From Cystobasidiomycetes sp. EMM_F5 (Eukaryota): 64,000 bases of DNA. Made by a program: the position numbers and the translations under genes. Location: positions 186,001-250,000 of the forward strand of contig JBPGPT010000007.1 of NCBI GenBank assembly GCA_051047955.1. Reading direction: 5' to 3'. Shown one piece after another: positions 15,201 through 28,171 of this stretch (the stretch's first letter is position 1; each line of letters starts with the position of its first letter). The notes below the pieces were generated by a model. The model was not told where the DNA came from, did not search any database, and saw only the letters and a list, made by a program, of their open reading frames with translations.

Positions 15201-15568
15201 GCCTCGTTGCCTTCCTCGCTACCAAGCAAGCGTCGTACATGGTCAATATCGCCCGATACGACGGCTTGTCTAAGTGCCGGTATATTCGGCAGTAATTCAG
15301 TGGCATCAATCCCGGCCTGGAGAAGAACGAGCTGGGCTTGCACATCTTTACAGCGCGTCAACAAAGCTGCTTGTACGAGCCATCCTGCCTCATTGGGTGA
15401 TTTGCGCAGTCCTTCCACCAGTTCTTGAGCTATCGCTGCAGTCCAAGAGTCCGCGAGCGACGTGTCAATCCAGCGGTTTTGGAGATGGACTACATCGTTG
15501 TCTACAGAGGACGACACAAACTCGGACACTGATGCTCCGTCTTCCTCCATGCCATCGTTCATTGTCAT
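12223..15568 (-). CDS. SEC39: Sec39 (Dsl1 tethering complex subunit / NBAS-like), multi-exon
   Basis: TGQVDNALSLVQYGASQG, LSLLSKLVYD, EIVLAASREFYDNADSANLHHGNMKLA, LTPIEIRL...DKLSLISRLLSSNEDAYRHPEVILDLVAKLG match fungal Sec39 as I recall it. Confidence 0.85.
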
Positions 15569-15709
15569 GAATGCATTGTTGCAGGAATTTGGTACAACGT
15601 CAAGAGTTGTCGATAAGCCATTGCGTACAAGTGTTGATATTGCCGTACTATGGAAGTGTAATCATAGACTATCTAATTCCGCATGCCGAATGGCATCGCT
15701 GTAAGATTA

Positions 15710-16949
15710 TTAGGTCTCTCGATACCGGATACTAGCCACGATGAGTTGTGGCCCAGGGGAGTCATCTGTCCTGCGCACGACCATCGTGTGCATGCACTTT
15801 GGTCCTGTCCATGTCCGCCAAGAGGGTGGCTTGATTCCCGTGCGTGAGCCATCATGTTTCCCAAACTGCTCCGCTTCCAGTACGCTGCCTCGACTCGTGT
15901 CAAACTTCCACCGCAGAGCGCGGTCGGCAATGACTTGCAGCTCTCCTTCCTTCTCGACGACCGTCTCTAGCTCAATTTCCAGCATCTTCAAGCTCGGAAA
16001 CATCTTCTTGATTCCTTCCCCCCAACTGTGGGGATGCTGCTGGACTTGCTCGCCTTGGTCGTCCTTGTCCCACATCAGGTACATGTCTTGTGCCCTTGTC
16101 CGTTCTGCTCCTCGCGGATCTATGCCTAGGGCTTCATCGCGTTCCCAGCTGAGATGTGGTAGATGGTATGGGAGGAATAACGAAATCATTAGCGGTCACC
16201 CGACGCAGGCATACCGAATTTTAAGCACGAATACTCACAACCACCAATCTGATCGCCTGACTGTGATCTTGAGTGACTCGACGTAAGCAAACACTGCCAT
16301 GAATTCCGGAGTGGCATGTTTGGCGATATCCTCGAGCCCTGCAGGGATACGTTGGCGATGTGTGCACGAGTGTTCCACGTCCACACCGAATTCAGTGGGC
16401 GAAACCGCATCACTCACAGTACTGCTGTGTTAATAGATGCATCTGTTGGAATTGGTTGCGCACCCCGGGCGGTCTGCAAGTGCGGACCATGATGCCTGCA
16501 TGGTGTATGAAAAGACATCTGCAGGATGAGCTTACGAATTACATCCATGCCCCAATTTCTCTCTACCACTCACCTCGAAATCGCCAATACCTCATGTCGG
16601 ACTCCTTGAACGGACCTGCCTGATACAGACCGTCCTTATTCAGCACGCCAGCCTCCATCGGACTCCTCTCTATGTCTGCCCAGAAGGCGTGTACGTTAAG
16701 TCTTCCTGGCATGTCCCACGCTTCTCTATACACCAGCCTGCACGTCCGCAGCCAATCTGTCGACCGCAGCTTGTGGTGCGTGTACTCTGGCGGACGAAAG
16801 AAGTGCGAGTCCTGCCTGTGCTCCACCTCGGGGTTGCTGTACGCTGTCGCTGCGTGCTGCCATATCAGCTTTCGCACCTCCTGAGGTATCAGCTGGAAGA
16901 GGGGGCTGTTAGACTGCAAGTCTATCGCAGCTGACGGGGGCAGAATCAT
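15710..16949 (-). CDS. Conserved fungal hypothetical protein with F-box-like N-terminus, multi-exon
   Basis: QSNSPLFQLIPQEVRKLIWQHA...WLRTCRLVYREA and later ITVRRSDWW, FPSLKMLEIELET; a pattern common in fungal proteins of unknown function. Confidence 0.7.
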
Positions 16950-16994
16950 TGTGAGTGTGGGAGATGGATGAATACAGGTGTGGATGTGGTGTAG

Positions 16995-17229
16995 ACGCGT
17001 CCCTGCACGCGTAAAGAGACAGCTGCTCGCGTTCCGGGGCTGGGTCAATCCGGGTTCCGGGGAGCAAACGAGGGACGCCAGGCACAGGCACGCAAAACGC
17101 CGGTCTTTTGGGTCACGTGTCTCACCCACTTTACGCGTGATAAGGAAGAAACGCGTTGAGGGAATGTGAGGAGGACAGCAACAAGGACAATACTTACTAC
17201 ATACACACATAAGTAAATTGACTACGCGT
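16995..17229. promoter_or_regulatory. Cluster of five MCB-like (ACGCGT) elements in a divergent promoter
   Basis: ACGCGT at 16995, 17007, 17133, 17151 and 17224, between the divergent hypothetical and forkhead genes. Confidence 0.6.
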
Positions 17230-17470
17230 TCATTACCCACAACTGTCCCACTTCGAAAGACTCGGACTCCGCCTCCGTCGTCGCCACAATGACATAATAA
17301 ACCTGTTTCCCTTAGCGTGCGCCGTGTCTCGCTCTTCTCTCGGCAAGGTGTCCTAGTCTGGCCAGTAGCGTGCGAGCAATGCAATCAGCAGACGATAGCG
17401 ACAGGAAGCTGCAGCTTGGGGAGACACTCCAGTCAATGAAGACGCTGTGAAGGAGAAGTACATCTACACC

Positions 17471-19202
17471 ATGGAAAGGAACTGGCTGCCATATCCCTGG
17501 GGCCGGATAAGCATAGACACTCCTCCGCCCCCTGTCGTCCCAGTCCTCTTCTCCCCAGGAGGGCTGCCCGTAAAGCCAGTGCGACCAGAACTCCGACATG
17601 CCGCATCCGACTACTTCAACTTTGCAGCAGTCGCAGTGGGAGAGCAACCTGTGACAATGGTACCGCGACCTCCATCACCGCCAAGAGTCGCCTTTCCCGC
17701 CTGGAATATACCCACAAACCCTGCCAACTATGTATACTCGAGCCGCCCCTCCCTCTTCTCTACTTCTCCCTCTGCCGCGTCCTCGATAGCACCGACGTCG
17801 CTGACCGTAACCTCGTCCCAGTCGCAGTCACAGTCCCCAGATACCCCTCCCCTCTCCTTCGACTTTGGTACAGACTCCCTCTCTTCCTCATTCTCGTCCT
17901 CTACATCGCTCGAGTACCTCCATGACCAGTATGTCGACAAGATGATGGAATTCATCGTTGGTAATGAGAGCAGTGACGAGTTGCAGAGCTTCGTTACGGA
18001 GACCGGGCAAGTCGGGCACGCAAAGACTGTGCACACCGAAAAGGGACCCTTTACGCCCTCTGCACATGCGGAGGATGTTATATTAGACACGGTTGATGAC
18101 GTCGAGTACGGTCATCGCACGTCTACCGCTCTAGACGAAATATCTCTCGGGCCCAAGAAGAACGACTTCCACTCTTTACTCGAACCTGCCTATCAAGCCC
18201 CGATGAACAGTAAGGAGCCTGTTACTTTGACGACAGAGCTGCCCCTCAGACAAAGTGCAACCCGATCCGCAAGGCTGCAGACCAATTTGCCCTACGCAGA
18301 CGGAAATCTAGACGAGGTCTTACTATCCGATACAGTGTCGCAAGAGTACATCGCCCCTTCCAGAGACGTTATTGTCGTCGACGTTGAGAAGGGCAAGCAA
18401 GACAAGCACGATGTCAAAATCATCAAGACCAGATCGAGCAGAATAGTAGCTACGTCGCAGTCTAGCAAGACTCGCGCTGCACCGCTCATTACAATCAACA
18501 AGGCATCAAAACAACTTGGCAGGACGCCGGCGGACGAAGCGTTTGCAACTAGCCTTGATCAGCTGGTCGATGTGGCACCCGATCAGAAACCGCCGTATCT
18601 CTGGTGGACGCTCATAAGAGCTGCAGTACTGGGTCAACCAGACGGAAGAATACAGATGGAAACGCTCTGTCAACAAGTGTCTGCAAAGTATCCGTAAGTT
18701 GCCGTTGCTGAAGCTTATGTGAACGGATGCTGACCCTAAAACGGGTTGCTCTACTATTGCTTGATGTGTCTTATCTAGATATTTCGGATCGACAGCCAAG
18801 GAAGCCAAAAACTGGAAGAGTTCAATTAGAAGCGTCATCCATACAAAGCCGTGCTTTTACAAGGAGGAAGACGAGGATGGCACAGTGTGGTGGCATGTCG
18901 ACGTAGGCATCGACCCCAGAGAGCAACGCAGGGGCCTCAAGAAGCGAGCAAATTCGCTGGATGGGACCGCGTCAAACAAGTCTGGCGATGCAATCATGAC
19001 CAAACAACCGTCTGGCTTGAGTCAAAAGACGGACGCACATCAGTGTGACTTGGACGCTATCACCGCTTTGCGGGTGCGCAAACATCTGAGTGGGGACATG
19101 GGAGAAATAGAGGAAGAGGAAGAGCTCGAGGATGGTGGTGCAAGTGACGTTGACCAAGTTGAAGTACCATTCCCACCAAAGAAGAGAAGAAAGACGGCAT
19201 AG
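17471..19202 (+). CDS. Forkhead-box transcription factor (C-terminal forkhead domain, one intron ~18695-18778)
   Basis: Spliced KPPYLWWTLIRAAVLGQPDGRIQMETLCQQVSAKYP-YFGSTAKEAKNWKSSIRSVIHTKPCFYKE...WWHVD is a divergent forkhead domain; basic NLS-like PKKRRK at the end. Confidence 0.85.
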
Positions 19203-19430
19203 ACATCAACATCAAAGCAAAGTAGTCCTGATGACGCAGAGACGAAAATACCCAAATCGCAGATCAAGAGCGTCACCAACGACGACAAATCCAAAGACAG
19301 CGCTCTCATTGTAGCATATGTGCATAGCTACTTACAACTAATCTTATTAGTATCTCAGACGTCAGTATGTGCCAAGTCGGCTGGCGGACCGTCACGACGC
19401 TACCTCTTGCCAACTGACTTGGCCAGGGCG

Positions 19431-22216
19431 ATGTGTGATAAAGATGCTGAACACGACTCTGACGCGACTGAATACGATACACAGGAGCAAATAGATGTTC
19501 ATTGCAGGAGCGCATCTGACGGTGTTGCTGGAAATCGAAATGACCTCCGCTCAGCGACGCCACCGAGGTCACCACCTCGGACCTCGAAAACAAACAATGT
19601 TGTAGCCATCGAATTGGAGGCAGTCTTTGATGCGGTCGAGCTTGTAGAGACATTTGAGGACGCGGTAAGCAAGTTGCTTCCCAATCTATGGTCTCGCGAA
19701 ATACCCTGACATTCCGACAGCCAGACGTCGGACTAGAACATGCAGGACAGGCTCTCCAGACGTTACTGAAATTCTTTGCTGCTCTCCAAGTCAACAACAT
19801 TACCCTTCGCTCAGTAATCTGCTCGACTTCGGACATCCCGCTGCACGACCAGCTGGTACAATGCATTGCCCAAACAAGTACGCCACTGGCCAAAAGCTGA
19901 ATCGGGATTGTTTGAAATTCTGATAATGTTTTAAATGTGTCTCCTTGCTGAATCAAGTATCGCATCCGTTCATTCCAGCTTTATTCGAATTGAGGCGATA
20001 TCTGCGAAACCACGCAAGGCAGTCAGCAGGCTTCTCGGACAGCCAGCTCAACATCCTTGACATTGCTACGATACTTTTGGCCCGTATCATCGACTTCATC
20101 GATGGCGTTCGTCCGCTAAGTGACGCGGTTGAGAGCGACGACGTTTCGGAAGATGATTGTCTGGTTGCACTAGAATTGCCAGGTGATGATATCAAAATGA
20201 TGACACAATTCACCGAAATTGAAGCATTTTATCGTCCCCTCTGTCATACCTGCAGAATCGTACACGGAGCTGCAGCAAACGTTCCACGCCCTTCCCGCAG
20301 CGCAAGCATTAGCATGCTGTAGTCTCCTTTACGCAGGCCGTAGCATCTCAACTTGGCAGAGTGCTGATGCTGAAGGACGAGACAATTCAAACATTGCTCA
20401 TGCCAATGTTGGGGCCATTACAACGTTCCTCTCTAATACAGCTGATGACCTCGATCTTAATACTGATCAAGGCGTCCATTTGGTGGTCCTGCTAGCTGTA
20501 CGCACACTATCTTTGCTATCCATGCCATAGTAAGGATGCTGACTGGCAATGAAGGGAGAACATTGCGCTTCGCGAGCTAGCAATGTGGAAAGTAAGGAAT
20601 GCGGGTGTTTCGTGACATACACTTGAGCCTACCGCAACGATACAGTCGCTTTCCGACCTCGAGCTCTGTCCATGGCCTTTGATTTGTTCCAAATGGCAAT
20701 GTCAGACGCAGAGAGCAAGATGTACCTTATCGAGCACGCGGAAGTCATCCTCTTTTGGCTTATGGACGAGACAGATGCAACGCATGGGCCAGACAGCCTC
20801 ATCACATCGCTAGTAAGAAGCGCGTGTGGCGTAGCTTGAATAAGGCACCCTGATGCACGGGCGTTACACTTCAGCTTCCCCACTGGCTGCTTCGACGAGC
20901 AGAGTTTGATAACTTCAGAAGAGGCGCGATTGCACCAGAATTGCGTTCCCGCTTCGTTGATCTGGCTACAAGCTATGTTATTGTGAGTAGGTAAATGACC
21001 GGCTATGACAATTAGACTGATTTATCGCAAATCAGAAACAGCTGCGTGACGTCCTCTCTGTCAATTCGGGTACTGAAGATGTACAGATATTGTCTGCGAT
21101 AAAAACATTCCTCTCCGACTTTTGCGGAACGCTCGAGGAGGCCGAGGAATTGCGTCAAGCGTGCTGTGAGCTCGTACTCTCCAGACTGGCCAATGTCATC
21201 GGGACGGAGAGAGGTCCAGCTGCGGTTAACCTGTTGCGAAGCAGCTCTCGACCAATGATCTGCGAAGCGATGATAGCCGTTTTTGAGGGTTCGACTGTGA
21301 AAGGTGACTCTTTTTATGCTCATCGGCGGAAAAGATCGTCTGATGCATTGGTGCAGTCACAGATCTTTGCCTGCTGCAAGCCGATAAGTATCTGACTGCT
21401 CCCACGGACTCGAGCAAAGTAGCCTTCTCGCAAATCGTGACAATTTTGAATCTGATTGTTGAAGCGGACGCCCAATACCGTATGGATCACTCTTCATGAT
21501 GCTGCTGCTATTTGTGGCCTAACCTAATCTGGCCTTTTCCGTCCTTTGTCTACCTTTGCACAGTTCAAGAATTGATGCAGCATGTCACACTCTTATACAC
21601 GGTTGTCCGGTGTCTTTCGTCAGATCTGGAAGCTGCAACAAACCTCGTCGTCAATCTTCCTGCTCTGCGGCTCTTTGCCAGTCTGAGTCGATGCTCAAAA
21701 TACGTCGCCAAAGTAGAATCAGCTGTATTGTGGCTGCTGTGCAGTGACGTGCCGCATGAACACGATACAGAAGTTTACTGTAAGTCGCGGCGACAATCCG
21801 TCGTCGCTGTAAGTATTGCTGGCTGACACGTTACCGACTTGTCAGCAATTCTGGCAGCTTTGTTAGCAAAACATGCACCGGCTTTATGCAAGTCAAATGC
21901 ACAAATTGCTTTGATGGCTGCCGAGGCACTTCGCTCACGCCTGTTGAGGGCCGGCCGGGACGAGGTATGTACGACGGTTTTAAAATTTGGCATTTCTGAG
22001 TATCAATCGTACAGACTGATGTGGAGAACGCCTCATTGTCGGCGGCCATCCGTGCCAGTCTGCACTCGTACTTAGCAGTAGCCGGATCCCAAGCTGGTGG
22101 GTTCCCAGTCTTGCTGAGGATTGCGGAGTGGTAGAATCTGATGATCCCCATCAGAGTATGTTTATCAGTCTTCGCCGATAAATGACATGCTGCATGAATT
22201 GCTAGTCACTGCCTGA
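19431..22216 (+). CDS. Hypothetical helical (ARM/HEAT-like) protein, many exons
   Basis: Chain of Leu/Ala-rich plus-strand exonic ORFs (19320-19709, 19688-19900, 19945-20322, 21090-21395, 21512-21826, 21839-22075) separated by GT-AG introns. No family recognised; start and end approximate. Confidence 0.55.
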
Positions 22217-22422
22217 TTTCAGCTGCGCTTCATCTTAAAGAATGTTCAGTGTGTCTTCCAACGTGCGGCGGCTGATAGAGTGGAAGCTTTTAACATTGTC
22301 GAACATCAGAAGTCCATCTCGAATTCAGTCCATCGCAAATAACAGTGTAGTATTACACGGAATCCAAGCGTTGATGTTGTTTCCCTTATCGCAATCTTCT
22401 GTTGAGATTTCCTTCATAGCTC

Positions 22423-25400
22423 CTACGAACCGACACTTGGTCTAATCGGTCTCTCGTCTTCTGATTTGGCTTTCTTGGCAGGCTGTTCGTCGCCTGCTTC
22501 ATTCGGTCGTTTTAGTTGAGCTCCCTGCGCACGTACTTGATCGGCTTCTTGAGCAGGGCGTGGCGCCTTGCTGCTAGAAAAGCCCGCCAGGCCGATCAAG
22601 GCGGCCGCAGTATCCTCGTCGTCATAGTCTTCCTCGGGCCTGCTAGTATCGTGTTGCGATGCAGCGATTGGCAAAGGCTCTATTGATGGCGAGTGCGGTC
22701 GACCAACAGGCGGACGTGCTTGATTTCGCGATGACCCAGCTGCTCCAGCGTCATTCTGCAAAGAGACATTCACATACATCAGTAAGGAAGCGATAGTTGG
22801 GTTAAGACTGATGCCCACTCTACGTCGTGCGGCTGCCGATTCTCCCGCTACTCCGCCGACTACCTTTCGTTTCCGTCCGCTTGTAACCTGATGCGGAGGG
22901 GGAGCAGGAGCGTCTGTCAAAGCGGATTGATCTTCATGCCCATGATAGGCTCCTGGCGATTTGGCTGTACTTTTACGACTGCCGGCTCCTTGTCCTGCCC
23001 TTCCGGAAGATGACTGGCCAGGCTGGCGTCGATCTGGCGTATCAACAGCGGTATGAGCACCCCCTGGCGAGATTTCACGCCGTGAATTCTCCAACTCCCT
23101 TCGCCTGATCGCCTCCTCTTCCATCGTGCGATGAGCTTGCATCTCGCGCTCATACATAATCTCGCGCTCGCGCGGATCCATGGCTGCATCGTATCGCGGA
23201 TCGTAGCGTCTCGCATCCGGTGGATAGCCATAGGCACCTGCAGGAGCACGACCATGACCAGGTCCAGCACTGGGAGGTGCAGAATAGTAATCATGCGCAT
23301 AGTGAATCGGATGACCATTGGCATTCCCGCCAACTCGAGGCTGAAGGCTGCCACCAGCACCGATGGGATGGTCACGGTCATCGTATCTCGACATTCCAGG
23401 CGAAGGCGGACGACGGTGCATGCTTGCATGCTGTGGATAGTCTCGACCATGAGCGGGAGAGTGGAGCGGTGGAGAGTGCATATGATGAGTACTACGTTGT
23501 GCCTCTGCAGCATGCCGACCGTCTTGCGTTGTAGCCACTTTGCCACGCATACGTTCCTGATAATCTACATCCATCTCTGGAGGATAGCCGTACGATGGCG
23601 GTCGACCGTTTTCATCGTGATCTGGCATTTGGCGAGGTCGAGGTGACAGAGGCGGCGAATGAGGCAGGATCGGACGGTATCGAGGAGGTTCGTGACCTGG
23701 AGAATGATCATAACCAGGTCGTGGAGCCGGAGCGACACGTCGAGACGAAGGGTCCCTGTCGACATCCATTGGCGCAAGGACCCTGCTCGACATGCCAGGG
23801 TATCGACGATCGTCAACCGGAGCTTGTGCATAGTGGGGTGGGTACCCCGCTGCAACTACTGCAGACTGTGACGAGCCAGGTCGAGAGAAAGATTCGCGTC
23901 GTCCGCCATTGACAGGGTGCCTCGGTGGTGGATACGTCCCGGAAGGACCTGGTACACCTACCGTCGCAGAGTAAGCGGGCGGAGAAGCCAGCATCAAACG
24001 ACCTTCTATCTGTTCAGGCGGTGTCGACGATTCCGCCCCCAATGGAGCAGTACTCTTTGGATCAAAGACGGGTTTTGCGCCCGCTAGATCGAAATGAATC
24101 ATTGCCCACGATTTACTGTCTGGCATGATATCCAGAGGTGCTGGTGGGGGCGAAGCGACTTCACGACCCGTCTCTAGAGCCAATCTGAGCTCGTTGAGCC
24201 TGTTTGCAATGACGGTATTTGTCGGATCGAGTCGATAGGCGCGATAGTATGCATCGGTAGCGTCTGCCAGCTGATCGTTGCAATTTTCGTACAGGCAGCC
24301 TAGATTTTGCCAAATCTCGGGTATCCAAGGGTGGATGCGAACAGCGCGGGTGTAGGCGTCCAGAGCGTCGTGGAATTGTACAATGTTGAAGTAGAGCACT
24401 CCAATAGAACACCAGTAGGCAGAATTCTTGCCATCCCGATACACGGCTTGTTGGTACGCTTCGTACGCTTTGCCGTAGTTGTTTAGCTGCATGAATGCTC
24501 GACCTAGCAGGTACCACGAGAATGGATCTTGGGAATCTGTGTCGACATCGTACCCTCGTCAGCAGAGAGTCTGAGTGTGTCGAGCAGAGTAATGCGACAT
24601 ACCATATTCCAAACTTTGGGTAATGTAGCCTATACACTTCTCGGGATCATGAAACTGCGTATTCTCGCGCAGATATATACCACCAAGGTGTTGCAGGACT
24701 TTGGAGTGATCCGGTGTCGTACGCAATACTCGCTCATACGCATCTCTGGCCGCGACGAGCTATGTTTTCCAAATCCAAATCAGCCGGGAAAATATCACGT
24801 CTGAGACACACACATCAACATACATCCTTTTTGAGTTCAAGTGCATGCCCAATCTGATACCACACATCGACTTGATTCAACGGCGGGGGCGGATCAGCAA
24901 GTATGTAATGAAAGCACTGTTGGGTGGCATCGTTTAATCAAGACGGTCGCCATGAGGGCGTATGAATGGATTACGCACCTCGAGACTTGCGTCGGCTCTG
25001 CCTTGCAGCTTGTAAATGATGCCCAGTCTAAAGTAGACTTCGTCTCTCTTTGCAAAGTCTGCGTGACAGACGACATCGTGTCAGTTGGGAGAGAGAGAAT
25101 GAAAAGTCGTGAGGAAAAATAAGCCCACTCGGATCGAGACTGAGAACGCCTGCAAAAGCCTCTTCTGCATGTTCCATGGATCCGTAGCGATCGTAGAGTA
25201 TACCGATACCGTACCATAGTTTTGGGTCATTCTTCTTTACCGCTCTTGCGATTGCCTGCTGGTAGCACGAGTAGGCTTTTTGTAGTGCATTCATAAACAA
25301 GAGTGCGTGTCCGACGATGGACCACATCTCTCCTTCGTTTCCAACTTCGTCCACCGCCAGTGCCCTCGCTGCAAAGTCTACTGCGAGCTGCCACTTTTCA

Positions 25401-26296
25401 GCTTCCTTGAAGTACCTCGCCATACCCTGGAGTGCAACGAGGTGCAACGGGTTTCTCCGCAACGCATCCTGGTACGAGGCGAGTGCTCTGTCTGCATCTC
25501 CCATACTCCACGCAATACTCGCCAACTCTGCAAAACACCCCTCCGTCTCGCTCTCGAGCTTGTTGAGCGTGGGCGGGAGGAGACGGTGTCGTTCGATGGA
25601 ATACCCCTGCTCTTGTGCAGCTGCGGCATTCAGTGCTGCCCCTTTCTGAATTACCCACCGGACAGCGTCAGAGTGCGACTCGGCTGTCCCTCCCATGGGT
25701 GGCCCGCCAGAGGATAGAGGGGGTTGTCCGTGGACGGGGTGTAGGGTTGTGTGCGATTGCGAGTGTGCATGAATGTCGGGCGATACTGCCGGGGGGATGC
25801 CCGACTGGGGAGGGTGTCCGTTTGCATTCGCATTCGCATTCGAACGAGGATGCGAGTGTGAGTGGGATTGGGAGTGTGATTGCGACTGAGCGTGCAAGTG
25901 CGAGTCTGGCGATCCAGAGGGGACAATCATAGTCGACGGAGCGTGTCCGTTCAGAGTGTGCGGATGATGGTGATGGTGGTGTCGATGGTGGTGGTGATGG
26001 GAGTGCTGCCCATTCATACTCCCATCCCCGTTTGCCCCAACCAGCACTGCACTGGCTCCTGGAGTGTTGCCATTGACTGCTGCCCTCTGCTGCATGCTGC
26101 TCCCACTGATACTAATAGGCGTCGTCCTCCCCGTTGCGGTTGCACCAGTCCTGCTTACGACGGACGCTGAAGCATTTGCGACTGCGGCAGCTGTGGACGT
26201 GGTAGGAGTGGGTGCTCGAGTGCTGGATGCAATGGCGATGGCTGCAGGCAGAGTTGCCCCGTTGCCGGTGCCGGTGGATGGCGTCTGCCTGGCCAT
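22423..26296 (-). CDS. SSN6: General transcriptional co-repressor Ssn6/Cyc8 (TPR protein), multi-exon
   Basis: TPR motifs DPKLWYGIGILYDRYGSMEHAEEAF, YGKAYEAYQQAVYRDGKNSAYWCSIGVLYF, ALDAYTRAVRIHPWIPEIWQNLGCLYE; His-rich N-terminus and long low-complexity C-terminus. Confidence 0.93.
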
Positions 26297-26634
26297 GGGT
26301 GTAGAGTAGTATAGAGTGTGTGTAGTGTATGTGTGTGTAGTGTATGTGTGTGTTGATGGATTGACAGTGTCGATGGTGTTCAAGTTGCTGTTGTCCTTGT
26401 CGTTTGTATTGTCGTGTCTCTCTTGTCTCTTGTCTCTCACTCCTCCTCCACGCGCATCCTCCTTGTGCACACTCTCAGCGGTGGTGACGAGAGGTGGCCA
26501 GTGACTATTCGAAAGCCGTTAACGTACAAGAGGGGGTGATCGAGCAATGCAGGCGATGTGTGTATTACATAAGCATACGTTATGTACAGTGCAACACATA
26601 TCAATACAATGTATATGTCCGCCTCCTTCTCTCC

Positions 26635-26667
26635 CTTCTTCTTCTTCTTCTTCTTCTTCTTCTTCTT
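26635..26667 (+). repeat. (CTT)11 microsatellite inside a polypyrimidine tract upstream of SSN6
   Basis: Read directly from the sequence; flanked by CCCT-type repeats to about 26710. Confidence 0.9.
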
Positions 26668-26903
26668 CTCTCCCTCCCTCCCTCCCCTTCTCCCTCCCTC
26701 CCTCCTCCACCACCCACACGCACTCATCACGCAAACCACCGCATTCCGCGTTAGTTGGGCTGCTCAGGCACAGTACCTGAGCACACTCTAGGCCAGTTAG
26801 AGGTAGGCCGAGGCGGGGCATAGGCATACAGTGCTGACAAAGCAGGGGGTTGTGTAGGTGTACTCACAACGTTTTGATCATCTAGTCTACTCTTGTTCAA
26901 TAT

Positions 26904-28171
26904 TCACAACGTGTTGAATATCCTATCCCCCGCATCCCCGAGGCCAGGGGCAATCATACCGTCCTTGTTCAAGTCTTGGTCAACAGAGGCAACGTAGATT
27001 TCAAGGCCTGGACATTCCCGGAGGACGTGCTGCAGGCCGGGCATCGACGCCATGACGCACAGTAGCTTGATGGAGGAGATGGGCAGGCCGGCGTCTGAGG
27101 AAATAAAGGGGAGGGTGTTAGTGGGTAGAAAGTACACTGTACAAGGTGATGCTCGAGTAGACAGTACGCGAGTGCAACGCTCACAACTCACCCTGCAACA
27201 TGTTGACAGCAGCAGCAGCAGTCCCGCCAGTAGCAACGACCGGGTCGAGGAGGTAGACAATGTCGCAGTGCTTTTTAAAGTCGACCGGAAGTTTCGAATA
27301 GTACTCTGTGGGAGTAAAGGAAGACCGGTCCCGGTATAGCCCTAGATGGAACACGCAGGCTTCGGGGAACAGGGAGAGCATGGCTGGGGGCAGTGAAGTA
27401 CGTTTATTTGGAAAGAAGGCAGATCGTCATGACGAATTCATGGTGACGACAGTCAGCACACAGAGCAGCAGGAGAAAGATAACGATAACGACATGCACCA
27501 CATCAGCCATGCACTCGCATTCACATCGCATACACACTCCATACACACTCACTGTCCGTCATTGCTATTCCCGCCCTCAGAATAGGCGCCAGTCCGACCC
27601 GGGAAGCCAACTTCCAGCCAGTGTACGGTGCCAGAGGGGTAGATAGGCCATCGACAGGCTGCAAGTCGAGCGATCTGTCATATCGCGCAATCAAGTGTCG
27701 GAAGATATACAGAGTATTGATGCACGTTTGACACCAAACAGACAGCCGAGTAAACGTTAGGCGATGGATTCGAGCAGGTGTGATGACAGGATATGGTGTC
27801 GGACATTGAGATATATCGCATGTTGATCAAACAATCGCAGTCGTACATCGACAGTGCATATCGAACAATTCGTTCCATCCACGAGGTCGATGACCACGGC
27901 CGAGCGATAACGATAGCATTGAAACGACAAACAAAAGCATTGCAAAGCGCCCGTCAGTATACACTCATACACGAAACACAAGCAACGCGCACCTGCTCGC
28001 TTCTATCCCCAGGAGGGTAGTAAGCGTCGCGATGAGCCCTCGAAACTCATGGCAGCTTGTATTTACGTCCCTCAGCTTGGACACGATGGTGCTCGACAGC
28101 GGATGCGACAGCACATTCAGTGCGTCCAGGTCGTCAATGTGCGCAGGTTGCAGGGATTCAGGATTGTCCAT
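26904..28171 (-). CDS. Uracil phosphoribosyltransferase (upp-type), multi-exon
   Basis: VLSHPL...SKLRD...EFR, LAPILRAG, HLGLYRD, PRPP loop LLDPVVATGGT, C-terminal PGLGDAGDRIF. Confidence 0.92.

Noticed and set aside
22756..22818. Hydrophobic insertion near the SSN6 C-terminus in the ORF track
   Set aside because: Looks like a 63-nt in-frame GT-AG intron with a branch site rather than coding sequence.
26437..26827. Poly-K, poly-E, poly-F and poly-L ORFs
   Set aside because: Translation artefacts of the (CTT)n microsatellite.
27779..27790. TGATGA resembling a snoRNA C box in a UPRT intron
   Set aside because: It is on the strand opposite to the host transcript and I saw no convincing D box or terminal stem.
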